Below are positions 23,382-35,875 of a DNA stretch of 64,000 nucleotides, piece by piece (positions within the stretch are counted from its first letter, which is position 1; every line of letters starts with the position of its first letter). The DNA lies in the NCBI GenBank assembly GCA_030704615.1, contig CM060732.1:68758001-68822000 (forward strand), given 5' to 3'. This DNA comes from Takakia lepidozioides (taxonomy: Eukaryota; Plantae; Bryophyta). A program made the translations under genes and the position numbers. Below the pieces are notes generated by a model that was given only the letters and a program-made list of their open reading frames with translations, was not told where the DNA came from and did no database searches.

Positions 23382-25346
23382 TCACCAGTAATCCCCACAA
23401 GAACAAGTGCCATCTTGGAAATGATGAAACCGGTTGGAATCGCGTAGTATGACTGCTCGCCCCGCAATCTTTGAGATAAACTTGGATGCATTGTGGCAGT
23501 CACCACATACCCGAAGGTTCTTGATGACTCGAATAGGTGTCCCAGGGGTTGTGCTAATGAGCCCAAAAGCAATGGCCAGTTTCTCACTATGGTGGCAAAG
23601 AGAAAATTCCTTTTGCTCCTCCTCCACATGCCGCAATACAAAGCGTGTGTCAGGCACGTACCCAGCTTCCTTCATCTTGCCAGATAATCTCTTCAGCTCA
23701 GCATGGACTGCCTCAATTTGTGGATGCAATTTATCGTCCACAACAAATGAATGCACCCGCTTGTTAACCTCGATGCAGCTGCGCCCTGGCTCCTTTCTTA
23801 CACCTCTATCATCCATCATTTTTCTCACCTTTGCTTTGTCGGCCCACTTGCCAGCAGCAGCATATATATTTGACAGCAGCACATAAGTTGCAGGGTCCTC
23901 TGGATCAGTCTTGAGGAGGCATTTGGACACACGTTCTGCTACCTCCACATCACCATGAATTCTGCAGGCACCAAGCAAGGCTCCCCAGACCCCAGCATGT
24001 GGTTTGACTGGCATTTCATTAATGAAGTCCTCTGCCTCTCTTAATTGCCCTGCTCGGCCAAGAAGGTCCACCATGCAGCCAAAGTGTTCCACGGTAGGTG
24101 TGAGGCCATGATCTTGACACATGGAATCAAAGTAGTGACGACCTTCCTCTAATAGGCCCATATGGCTACATGCAGTCAGAACAGAGATAAACGCGATACT
24201 GTCTGGCTTCAAGCCTTCCAGTTGCATGTGTTCAAATAGCAGCACAGCCTCCCTATTGCACCCATGCTGGGCATATCCTGCAATCATTGCAGTCCATGAG
24301 ACAACATCTCGTACGGCCATATCGTCAAAAACTTGACGTGCGGCATCGACACTCCCGCATTTAGCATACATATTGATGAGGGCATTATCCAAATTCATGT
24401 ATGACGCAATTCCAGCTTTCATGATGTCAGCATGGACCTCTTGGCCCTTTTCCAGGGCACCTAGGCTGGCACATGCATTGAGAACACCAATGAACGTCAC
24501 CCTGTTGGGCGTCACCCCTGCCTGTTGCATGTCCTCATACATCTCCAAAGCCTCTTTACCAAACCCATGCTGAGCATATCCTGAGATCATTGCACTCCAT
24601 GAGACCACATTTCGATTGCACATACAATTGAAGACTTGCCGTGCATCTGTCATGCTTCCGCATTTGGCATACATGTCGGCAAGGGCAGTATCCAGAACAA
24701 CATCTGGGAAAACTGCAGCTTTGATAATGTCAGCATGGATCTCTCTGCCCTTTCTGAGGGCTCCTAGGCTAGCACAAGGGTTGAGGATGCAAATGAATGT
24801 GACTGTGTTAGGCGTCACCCCAGCCTGTTGCATTTGCTCATATATGTTGATAGCCTCCCTACCACACCCATGCTTGGCATATCCTGCTATCATTATATTC
24901 CACGTATACAGATCTCGTTGAGGCATTTTGTCAAACACTTGGCGTGCATCCACCACGCTCCCACACTTGGCATACATGTTGAGCAGGGTGTTAAATAGAA
25001 AGAGTTTAGGCTTGAATCCACTCTGGATAATGTGGGCATGGACCTGCTTTCCCTCTTGTAGACCTTTGATGTTGATGCACTCCTGCAAGATAGAGATGTA
25101 AGTCTTGGAGCCTACCTGTATGCCAGGTTGGTTCAAAACACGCAGGCCCTCTTTCAGTCGTCCTGCCTCACATAGTGTCCTCACATCCTCACAAGTGCCA
25201 GAAGTCTTGTCAAATCCCTCTTTTGGTCCTATTTCAAAAGCCATGGTGGGAGAGGGGGCGCCACCCATGTCGCTAGTCTGGAGTGCACCAAACAACCTTG
25301 CCTGATGCAACCCTGTCAACCTGCATGACTGAAACCTCTTTGTCAT
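23382..25346 (-). CDS. PLS-class pentatricopeptide repeat protein with E/E+ and complete DYW deaminase domain (organellar C-to-U RNA editing factor)
   Basis: 654-aa ORF with P/L/S repeats (MYAKCGS..DARQVFD.M..R.VVSW), PG box (KEPGRSCIEV), HSEKLAIAFGL, KNLRVCGDCH and terminal CSCGDYW. A probable extra 5' exon at 25475-25728. Confidence 0.96.
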   Translation of the reverse strand: MTKRFQSCRLTGLHQARLFGALQTSDMGGAPSPTMAFEIGPKEGFDKTSGTCEDVRTLCEAGRLKEGLRVLNQPGIQVGSKTYISILQECINIKGLQEGKQVHAHIIQSGFKPKLFLFNTLLNMYAKCGSVVDARQVFDKMPQRDLYTWNIMIAGYAKHGCGREAINIYEQMQQAGVTPNTVTFICILNPCASLGALRKGREIHADIIKAAVFPDVVLDTALADMYAKCGSMTDARQVFNCMCNRNVVSWSAMISGYAQHGFGKEALEMYEDMQQAGVTPNRVTFIGVLNACASLGALEKGQEVHADIMKAGIASYMNLDNALINMYAKCGSVDAARQVFDDMAVRDVVSWTAMIAGYAQHGCNREAVLLFEHMQLEGLKPDSIAFISVLTACSHMGLLEEGRHYFDSMCQDHGLTPTVEHFGCMVDLLGRAGQLREAEDFINEMPVKPHAGVWGALLGACRIHGDVEVAERVSKCLLKTDPEDPATYVLLSNIYAAAGKWADKAKVRKMMDDRGVRKEPGRSCIEVNKRVHSFVVDDKLHPQIEAVHAELKRLSGKMKEAGYVPDTRFVLRHVEEEQKEFSLCHHSEKLAIAFGLISTTPGTPIRVIKNLRVCGDCHNASKFISKIAGRAVILRDSNRFHHFQDGTCSCGDYW

Positions 25347-25474
25347 AACCCGTTAAACCTGAAGCTCCCATGAACCTCAAACAAATATCTTTTCATGATG
25401 ACACGCTACTTGCTAGGTTTGTGCAGGGTCACAAAACTAAGGGATTCTCTCCCCCTTTGTTATTCAAATAATAC

Positions 25475-25728
25475 CTGTTGTATTCCTGGCCTGGAGCTCC
25501 ATAGCGCATGTGGACACTAAAGCCATCATGAGATTGTGCTTGACGTTGTCTCCTGGCAGGTAGCTCTAGGTTTGAACAACGCTCAATCCAATGGACCTCT
25601 TCTGAACTCTTCTTATGTCGTAAGACTGGTGATTTGAACTCTTCTGTCAACACCACAAGTGGGCAGCTGAACAGCCACAGCCTCGCATAGACCGGGCTAC
25701 AACCACCAATGCTCCACAAGCATTGCAT
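25475..25728 (-). CDS. Putative first coding exon (N-terminal targeting region) of the DYW PPR
   Basis: ATG 25728. Phase-2 GT donor at 25474 and TCATGCAG acceptor at 25321 join in frame. Homologous donor/acceptor found upstream of the second PPR (60643/60471). Confidence 0.5.
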
Positions 25729-28700
25729 AGCTCGTCAACCTTGCACAAATCAACTTCCATGCTTTTGTTTGACGATTGATTCATCCAGCCATAAGAACCC
25801 CTATGTAGCTGTGATACACACTGGTCTCACTGAAGAAAGCTACTTATTTACAGTCCAGTGTACAAGAACACATCATCAAACCAGCCTCACACACAAAAAT
25901 ATCAATGGCCATTTATCCTAGAGCTCCAAGGTAGAACCAAGGGCGGAGCGAAGATACTGGCTGCGGTGGATCAGGTGGAGAAACAGGCGGGGAGGGTGTG
26001 GACTAGGCTGCAAGCTGGATGGTGGATTCGGACAGTGGTGACTTGGGAGGAGGACTAGCATGCACAAGAAAGTCTTGGGAACATCAGACGTGAGATGGTG
26101 ATGGACATACAGGTATGATAGGAGTGGACGAGTAGAGCAGACGGCCTGCTCATCCACCATACAACGTGTAGCAATACTGATAGCCCATCGTCTCACAGAT
26201 ACTATCTATGTCATCCTCAGCCAAGAATGTGACCACATCCGGCACCGGATGGAACTGGAATGTCAGAGGAAGACCGCTCTCAAAATGACTCCAATGCAAT
26301 ATGATTGCGGGGTTGGCCATCAAGTCGTGGCTGCAATATGGAATATATGTTGCAACACTTAGTATTTATTTCTACCATCCAACTACAACATGAAAGCTAT
26401 TTAAAATGTCATACGTCTTATACATATACATGAAATCAAATGTCCGAAGGCTTTATCGAAGACTCACCCTTGCTCCGTAAGCAATGCCATATTTGGCATA
26501 ATGCTGTTGGGCAGAACTGGGGGAAAACCCGGCCTCACTCATTGCCAACACCTATTGCACCAACATTTCATCTTATGAGGCTGGTCGGCGTGTAGGCCGC
26601 GGAGGTATGTGTGTCCTCCTGAGAAAACGAGGGCGAGCAGGGTATGAGCACCGCAACGAAACCATCCACACTATAGCGCCGGTGATGTCGCACCATAATA
26701 TTGTACATATTATTGTACAAACCATTATTTACTGGAAATAAAGACTCAAACTGCATCATGTATACTACTTTGACCCACTTCATAACAATGCTACCCAAAG
26801 ATTACTAAAAACGTAAAATTGGTATAGCAATGTCCGGTTTAGGGTACAAGAAGGTTTCAATCTATTCTGTGTATTCTTTTTAGAACTTATGATGTATGCC
26901 CAATAACAAGTCACTGAGGTTCCCTACCACCATTTAAATAATGGTATGGACCAATTCATACCATTATCCATTTTGTCTTCACAAACCATGTATGTGGTAG
27001 TTGATAGAGGAAGCACAAAACCCTAATTCCACTTTGGCATAGCAAAGAAGAATCCTAAATAGACTATCAAATTTCTCCTAAGAGAAATATAAGAAACAAA
27101 TGTGCTGCTTGAGAGTTAGAGAGAGATTAACGTAAAGAGTATGCTACACAACACTAACTGTGTTGTGGATGTTGTCCTTTTGGGGGTGTTTACATGCAGG
27201 TGAAGTAATAAGCATACAATGGCTTCAGCAGGTATGGTGGCAGATCCTTTGCATGGTGGGAAAATAGGTCTGGTAAGGTGATGCCAATACGTCCGTGCAG
27301 GTTCCTAATGAACCACCATGACATTTGATGGCAAACTAATCCCAGATGTCTTGTGCTAGGCCCTGTCGCAGCAGCATACTGGAGTATATGTGTACACCTT
27401 CTACATGATCCGGTCAATATACATTGCTCTTCTGGCTGGTCTACTGTAGCCAATGCCTTGCGTCAGAATTAGCAAACCTGAAAATGAGAACAAAGTTAGC
27501 ACCGGCAACTTGACTCTTGATTAAGTCGAGTCAATGGCACTCCTTACTTCCAGCCACTTGAATCTAAAAAGTAGAATCAGTGGTAATGTTCTATGAGCTG
27601 CTAGTATGCACCATATGAACAATGGAAGTATGACAGAAACACCACTTCTGTCACACTCTTCTGACCAAGAGAGGCCTCTACAATTTCTTCTTGGCTTTAT
27701 CATTCTGTGGTACCAGTGGTGTTGGCTCCAGCTTTTCTGAAGATGTTGCAGCCTCTTCCTACACAAACGCTTCAGGTGGTGGTGGCTAAGTGATCTACTC
27801 CTATGACTCCTTGCATGGTTGTACCCAAGTGGGGTTTATGCTCTGATATTGGACATTATGCTTATTGGTTCATTTTGGAAAGCTATAGCAAGCAAGAGGG
27901 CCTGCCATTCACCTCGCACATCCTCGCTACCCCACATCATATGCTTCTGGTGTTTTCTGGGACGGGTGCAGGTGAGGGCCTCTGAAGTTCTATGAATTTT
28001 TGGGAGTTCTCGTCTGAAATCACAGAGCTGGATATGGAGTTGTCTTGCAGATACGAGAAGGTTGCTTACTTGCAGTGAGCAACTAATGTTATGGTGCCAC
28101 TACCTATGAGAGGACCTTAGGAAAGAATACCAGCGGGTTGCCCTCTCCAGGTATCTAACCTATATACTCTGACATTTAATCTGCTAGGTTAGTGATATAG
28201 TGCATTGTCACTATATATCACACTGAGGTATGTTGTCTTATCATGAGCTCATAGAACCTAAGCTGTCCAAGTACAGAGCTCTTTCATCAAGTTTCCTGCA
28301 AACCATACCGTATGCATGGTAGGTTTGCAATGACTTGATAGAGGTGATGTTTGAAAACTAAGTGCACTACAATGATGCTTGGCATAGCAGCTATTCGCAT
28401 CACACAGAGCTATCTCCTACGCTGTATCGTGGAGCAGTACAATAGTTCATGAAAAACCATGAACCTTTCTGCCTATCTCTGTGGCAAATCTAAGATGGGA
28501 GGGAAACCTGTATAATTACACCACCACCCACCCCGATAACCTCTATGAGTCTGGATCAAGAGGAAATGTGATGATGCCTTCTTTGTATTGTCTATAAATT
28601 CACTCACTCTCTCTCTCTCTTTCTTTAAGTGAGTTTAGAGGTTTGAGTGGGAAGGGACATACCCATCTGAAGCGCGCACGGTCAGCTGGGAAAGGAAGAA

Positions 28701-31700
28701 CGCGACAAAGGATTTGGTATACGAGGCAGATCGTAGGAGGTAGATCGTGAAGATCGTTTGACTCTCCTTCCTTTCGCTAAAAATGCTCCTCTATCCTTTG
28801 TTGTTTGGGCTTCTGCTACAAACTTGTCCGCAATCACTATGTTTAAGCAAACTCCAACGGTTGCCGCTTTCGCTACATCGTGCGCTTGTATGGTTGCAAC
28901 ACTTTACACATGGTTCCTTGATCATGATTGAGAAAGCCAGCTCCACATTCTTTTGTTGGCAATGACTTGCTTCGTGCTTGAAGCTCTGTTAACCTTACCT
29001 TCAAGGTTGTCTCTTTGGTTGCTCTCGTGCGCTACGACGGTTGCAAAACAAAGATTGCATGCAGCAGCTCCATCGATCCTTTCTTTCCCAATCTCCACAC
29101 ACTCTCCCTACTATTGCATGCTTTACATGTACATGTATATGACGATACTCTTGGGAATTGCAAATGTATCATTGTATTATTTGCATTCCATGCAGGATTT
29201 CTCGCTTCTCTCAAAAACTGCTCTGCAATCAAAACGTAAGTTATGTGAGTAACTTGTATGAGTGTCTTCTGTTCAAGAATCATCGTCCTCACACGGGATT
29301 TTTATTTATAACAATCCAATACTAAGGTTGCATCAGCACATGAAAACAACGAGCATATAACATGACTTGTGGGTAATTTTTCTGCAATAGTATGTCATCA
29401 CCTTGTGTTGGAAAAACTTGCAGGGCATCTAAAAACAGCTCATCAAGGTCAACAGCCCTTTGATCAAACTTGTAGCTTTGAAGCACATCAGTCTTGTCCT
29501 TGGCAGACTTACTGGAGCAACAGCAACACACGCATCCTTGGCATTCACTGTCTCCTCATCATCTTCATTGCCGTTAGAATTCACCCGCTGTGTTGCTGGA
29601 TCTCTTGTAGCTTGTGAACCACGACTAGACTGAGCCAAGAGATGGCGCTGGGGATTCAGCCTTGTGGTGCGTTCTATGCGCAGTGGCAGCAGGCATTGGA
29701 CACTAGCAAGTTGGCCACCCGAGCTCAGTGGTGGGCTGTTACCTGCATCTGCGCGGGGTTGGGGCTACTGTCTTGTACGATGGCGAGGGCACAACTCAGC
29801 CAAGAAAGGGTTTTGGGACCGAAGTGACGAAAGGGGGAAAGCAGGGTTCTTCTCAGGGGCCCGTGACAAAGGGGAGCGGGAACAAAGGAGATAAACGCGC
29901 GATTTCTGTGAGGGAGGGGTCCAAGCAGCTGCAAAATGTTGTAAAGGCTGTGAAGAAAGTACTCCCTTTCACCCTGTGATTCCTATTTCAATTCCATTAT
30001 TGTGCGCCTCTCTCGTGTCTTACGTTCTAGTGCTGTGAGAGTGTTGGCGACGATCATAGAACCTTGTTCGTTGAATGGGTTTTGCAGGAGAGCGCAGAGG
30101 AGCGGTCCAAGGGCTTGGGCATAGATCCAGAGGCAGCAGCCAAGGGCAAGGTGGGTACAATCATGGGGTTCTGAGGGAGGTGAACAAGAATTGGATAATC
30201 TGAGATTGAAGAGCTTTAGCCCAGCCTTCAGCTCTGAAGAAACTGATGCTCCTTTTTATGAACAGCTTGTCCGTCGCAGCTTCTGGATTCCAAGGTATTT
30301 GGTTAATTTTTTTGTGGCCGTGGCTGTCTAACTTACGGTGTATGCACGTCATGATTTCATATGTTATTACAACGATTGATCATCCTAATGTTGAGACACT
30401 AGAAGCGAACGTGACGCAGGGGATAATTGGTGGACGAACAGGGCGAGTTATCGGTGGCTCCACCTTTTGAACGGTGGAGCTTGAGTGAGGACCGCGATTC
30501 GCAGTTCTTGCAGGATCAGGTCTCTACTATTTTTCTCGCTCTATGTTCCCTGCTGTGTATATTATCTACTTTGCATTTGCATTGCATAATCTGTTTTGTG
30601 TAACTGACCAGCGGACATGCTTACATTGCAGAATTGTTGTTAGATTGTAAATGTCAGGTGTCCTGGATGGCGCCCACCTGGGCTGATGTAGTTTCAGTAG
30701 GTGAAGTCCCCAGTAGTTAGAATCTGTGGTCTTTGTGTTGTAGCATGCAGTCTACAAAGCTATGAGGGAGGTCATTGCAGCTGTCAAGGAATCAATTATC
30801 AATGATGGTGCACCTTCCACAGGCCACAGCCAAGTCCCTGATAGCAGAGCAGCCACAGCCATTGCCTTGTTCGATACCGCCTTGACCGTTTTGAGGTCAG
30901 CCACATTCCTTTTGCATCCTGGTCTCCGTCTCTGTTTCTGTATATGTGTGCCCCATTTTAGTATGGCTGATGCCTATACACCTTTGTAGAAATGCAACGC
31001 AGACTCTGATGGAAGTGTGAGTGTGTAAGAGGTTAGGCAGGGAGGTCAGTTGGTGGTGTAATTGGGAGGTGTGGCATGTCAATGGATGAAATGCTTTATG
31101 TCCATACAAGAGACTAGGTGTCAGGAAGATGGTGATAGGAGTGAAAATCCTGACCTTCATCCCGGTCAATTCTGCTGGCAATGACTCTGATTGTGTTGTT
31201 GCACCTGCAGGAGCTTACGGCCGACATTTCTTCCTTGTCCAGGGCAGCCACTGGACGCAGTGGCACTCCTAAGGATTTGCCAGTGCCCACTATTCAAACA
31301 ACTGCATATGTGAAGGTACATCTATATCTAGGGTTCCGAAGTTCCAGGGGTGGCTAGGTAGGTAATTGATCTAGCATAGATCAAACACATGATCTGGTTG
31401 TGGCAGTGATTTTGACATGGTCATGGACTCTTGTGGATGGATAGGTGAAGTTGATGAAGGTGGGGCATTGCAGTACCTAAAACAAATTGGGCGAAAAGTT
31501 AATGATTGGCCTGATTTCACAGGTATGAGGGTCGGGGCAAAAGCAGTGGAGTACTTGTCCATATTGGCAGAGTCCAGGGCTGTGAGGTTCTATGTGACTA
31601 CCCGCCAGTATTACCTCCACTCCCTTGTTTTTATTTGAAAATATCAACACATTTTAAGCATGTGCCTTTGATTTACTTGTCCCATGGTCACCCATGGGTG

Positions 31701-31990
31701 GCATGGCAGTCCGAGGGTCTCAGTGACAGCAGGCCCCGAAACCAGCTAAGTCCTTTTTAGGCGTATACAACGTTTTAACAAGCCACTGAAGATTCACACA
31801 CTGTAAGCAGTTATCATCTATTCCCCTTCTGAAATTACTTGTATGGGACCTGATTGACCAAGAGCACATTGCGTGGGAGTACCTTCGTTTCTCGCCTCCC
31901 TCACCAAAGACTGATGTCGGATGTATGCCTAAGTTGGAGCAGAACTCACTTCCTTTGAAAAGTCAGCAAATCAGTCACTCGTTATCAAAC

Positions 31991-33570
31991 TTAAGCTGAC
32001 ATGTGAAAATCTGGCTCAAAGATAAATGCCAGTGGATTTAAAATGCCAACTCTTTTGCCTCGCTGATTGGGAGTTGGTGGAGGTATGTTCGTATGAGATA
32101 AATTGTCCTCGTCCTGAAAGTCGTAGATGACCATGGTGTGTTTGACTGCATTGAACACACATAGTTGATGATCCCCAAGTGCAACACATGTGTACTCTGG
32201 GCCAGAAGGGGGTTGGTAGAACGTGAGCACATATGTCACAAGAGCACAAACCCACGGGCGTGGGGGTTTTATGTTTTCAAACCTCTGCCATAGGAGTTAT
32301 ATGTTTTAACATGGAATAAAAACCCAAAACCATAATGTGAAATACGCACCCATAATGTATATCTACAAGCTTCAAGTTCCACATATCTACAACTTTGGTA
32401 TCCTCCAAAAGAATAGCACATTAGGAAAAAACAAGGTCACAATAATTAACACCATCCAAAATGCACAAATATCAAACAATAGTTGAACAATTTAATATAA
32501 TGAGGCAAACAACGGGTTTCATTAAGGAAATAAATCAAGGTATCGGGTTTCGCTAGTGAAATAATAGGCTTCGCAAGCGAAATAATGGTTTTTGTCAATG
32601 AAATAGTGGGTTTCGCCAGAGAAATTTGTAGGTATTGTTGCATAGGTCATTATCCTATGGTTTCGTAGGCGAAACAAAATGTATTGAATTTGGTTTTGCA
32701 TGTAAGAGACGACGTGAGATTGTTTTATTTTGTTAACAAATTAGGGTGATAGGGTGACTAACCCTTAGAAATATGACTAACCCATCTTCATGTGGCTTGT
32801 GCTCACGTGAGCATACTGCTCACGTGAGCACAAATTGTTTTGCTAGCGCATCTTTTTATGAATAGTCTAGGAATTTCCAATATATCCTCTTCTGCTCACG
32901 TGAGCAGCTGCACAGAGGCGTGAGCCTGCTCACGTGCTACCCAACCTCGGCCAGAAGATCTATGTATCTCCTTCTTCTTCACTCATCTACTAACATTTTC
33001 CATGAGCACCCATTTAAGTCACGCTTGAAAATGCAAGTATGCATATCTCCACCATAAAACTCTATCCCCATGAAAAGGTACATCCCCTCCCTCCCACATT
33101 GCACGACCTGTGTAGTTGCGTAGTAGGCATCACGAAACAACCATGGGACCCTCGAGATTGGGGATCGTCCACCAGGTATATTGTTGTTACCAGATTTGTT
33201 TTTCTACATCGTAGGCTACAACACCCTTACCCATGGCTGTTATCGCAACACAATACAACAACCCTTTGCAATATCCACCATTTTGATACTCATTAGGTCC
33301 AAGATCTGGAAGAGGCAACACCCCCGTTTCCGTCCACATCGACGTTTTAGAATCGTAAATCACTGTTTTCCTACAAATATGCTCAGTTCCAATTGTTGCA
33401 CTCCTAGCCACAATGATCTTGTAACTATTCGTGGACTTGTCTGTCAGCACATGCACCAGAATAGGATGTCACCGGTGGTTTAAAGGCAGCAGCTCTTTCC
33501 AACATTGTCTTGGGTAGTTGCAGGCTACGGTGGACCAAAAACTGCGTAATATGGCAGTTTCTGCAATGAC
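31991..33570 (-). pseudogene. F-box/kelch-type protein pseudogene, C-terminal part, interrupted by a MITE
   Basis: CNYPRQCWKEL.PL..., TNSYKIIVA, TVIYDSKTSMW, YCKGLLYCV, VVAYDVEKQIW and terminal AFIFEPDF. Contains stops/frameshifts. The sequence rejoins across the 32209-32948 insertion (SGPEYTCV). Confidence 0.75.
32209..32948. mobile_element. Mutator-type MITE (740 bp)
   Basis: TIR GGGGTTGGTAGAACGTGAGCA / TGCTCACGTGCTACCCAACCTC. 9-bp TSD GGCCAGAAG at 32200-32208 and 32949-32957. Confidence 0.85.
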
Positions 33571-34164
33571 CTCCATTCATGGTACCTTTTATAGTGAAAT
33601 CACAACTCAATATTTCATACAAGTTTATACGGTTTAAGATTTGTAATTACAGTAGAGACATATTCTAATTTTTTTATTATAAAAAAAATCATCTATGAAA
33701 GAGCTATGGACTCTTAAAGTTGAATCTTATAGACTGCAATGTTACACATGGAAAACCATATGGACTAAAAAAACATCATACTCACCTAAGTAATAGCAAA
33801 AAGGAAAACACATTAGGGGTGTCATTTTTTAAAGCTACCCAAATGCACTTTTATATGGACTAAAAACATCAAGAATGAGAGGTATGGACTAATTTATACT
33901 AAACAGTGTGCCTATTTTCTCTAATGTACATCGTCCTCAATTAGAGGCTTTTGGGATATCATCATTACTAAAAAGGTGTAAAAACCCATAATCTAGAGGT
34001 GCCAAGTGATATATGGAAAAATTTCAAAAATCTATAATTATTAAAAATAAAAAATAATTTTATTATTTTATTATTTTATTATTTTATTTTTCAGAATTAA
34101 ATATTAAAATTTGTAATAAAACAATTATAGCCTATTTGGGATGGCCTCTCATTTTAAGATAATA

Positions 34165-34495
34165 GGGTCACGTGCGATGTGGCCGGTGGGCCCCGTGCAC
34201 GGACGCCCGGCTCCCCAGCACCTCGCCCGCCGCTGCGCGCGGTCGCCCAGCCGCGGGCGCGGCTGCAGCAACCGCGCCCGCGCCCCCGTCCGCCGCGCGG
34301 CCAGTCCCCCACCCATGAGTCTGCTGCCCTCCAGTATGCCAGTCCGCTGTTGGCCAGTCCGCTGCCCAACAGTCTGCCAGTCCGCCAGTCTGCCCGCCAG
34401 TCCGCTGGCCAGTCCCCTGCCATCCAGTCCGATGACGGCGCAGGATCGCCACCGTCCATTCCCATAACCCATCCGAGCCCTCCATTTTTAGGGCT
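34165..34495 (+). repeat. Left TIR of the MULE
   Basis: Reverse complement of 53078-53418. Confidence 0.92.
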
Positions 34496-35237
34496 GCGAA
34501 AATGGCAATGATCTTCCCACCAAATCCCGGCCGCTCTCTATTGACGGCTGTTTGTTGTCCGATGTTGCGGTAGGCATTTCCATGCACGCGACTGTTCCTC
34601 TTTTGCGCGCGATGTTCATAATGATGATGAAGCGTGTGCTTGAACATGAGAGGACTGTCTGGGCACTACAGCCACCATCGTGCATATGCTTCCACTATTT
34701 TTGCCTTCTTGTTGTGCTTTCGGGAACCTTCGTTTTATGGTTTGGTTCTATGTCATAAATATGGAAAATGCGGACATCTGTCGTCGATAACGTCCTCTGC
34801 TTGTGATCCGTCATGATACGTTTAGCCCCTTCGTACTGCATCCCTCATGAGAGCCTTCACAAGTTTAGTTCGTTAAAGGAACCCATGGGTAACATGGGCG
34901 CGAAAATGGTGGAAGCGTATGCACATGGGGACATGTATTGCAGATTTCGTATCGGACGATGGGACTGTTTATATGACCAAGTATAGCGGCTTGCATCCGT
35001 CGTGCATAAGTTGTGGAAAAGGGTGGAGAATCTGAAGAAACCCAGCTTTGTGATGGATCCACATGGTATTATGTAAGGGATGGCAGCACAAAAAAACAAT
35101 TCGAGTCGTCACGGAACACCATCCAGTCGTAAGGTCCTCAAACATCCACACGCACCTGCTGAATGCAGATGTCTGAGCCACGACGGGAGATGTCTGAGAC
35201 AATTGCATCTGCAAATGCGCGTGGATGTTTGAGGTCC

Positions 35238-35875
35238 GTTGTGTCGCGAGTCTGTTCACAGTGGGTCCGCTGGCCCGTCAGTGCTCCGGATATTCCCCTT
35301 ATCGCGTGTATAACAGTCAGTTTGGAGGCGGTCTGCTGGAAGTCCGTCTGTTGGGATAGCATTCTGTTGCACTTGTGAATTTGTCAGTCTGTTGTGTCGG
35401 AAGTCTGTTGCACTAAGTCTGTTTGACTTCTTATTTTCCCTCCGGTCAGTCTTTTGGCTTGTTCTCCCGCCAGTCTGGCGAAACGTCCGTTTGCTGGACA
35501 GTTCTCCTTTATGGATATCAGTCTGTTGGACTATGCATGCATCAGTTGTGTCGCGAGTCTGTTCACAGTGGGTCCGCTAGCCCGTCAGTGCTCCGGATAT
35601 TCCCCTTATCGCGTGCATAACAGTCAGTTTGGAGGCGGTCTGCTGGAAGTCCGTCTGTTGGGATATCAGTCTGTTGCACTTGTGAATTTGTCAGTCTGTT
35701 GTGTCGGAAGTCTGTTGCACTAAGTCTGTTTGACTTCTTATTTTCCCTCCAGTCAGTCTTTTGGCTTGTTCTCCCGCCAGTCTGGCGAAACGTCCGTCTG
35801 CTGGACAGTTCTCCTATATGGATATCAGTCTGTTGGACTGTGCATGCATCAGTCTGTTGTGCCGCGAGTCTGTTC
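35238..35875. repeat. ~307-bp tandem duplication (plus partial third unit) inside the MULE
   Basis: 35238-35544 is nearly identical to 35545-35853. Both start GTTGTGTCGCGAGTCTGTTCAC. Confidence 0.9.

Noticed and set aside
23434-25305. Plus-strand ORFs across the PPR genes (also 58755-60478)
   Set aside because: Antisense shadows of PPR repeats.
34141-34647. Multiple overlapping Arg/Ala/Pro-rich ORFs (also 53088-53480)
   Set aside because: They are GC-rich TIR sequence with few stops by composition, mirrored in both TIRs.
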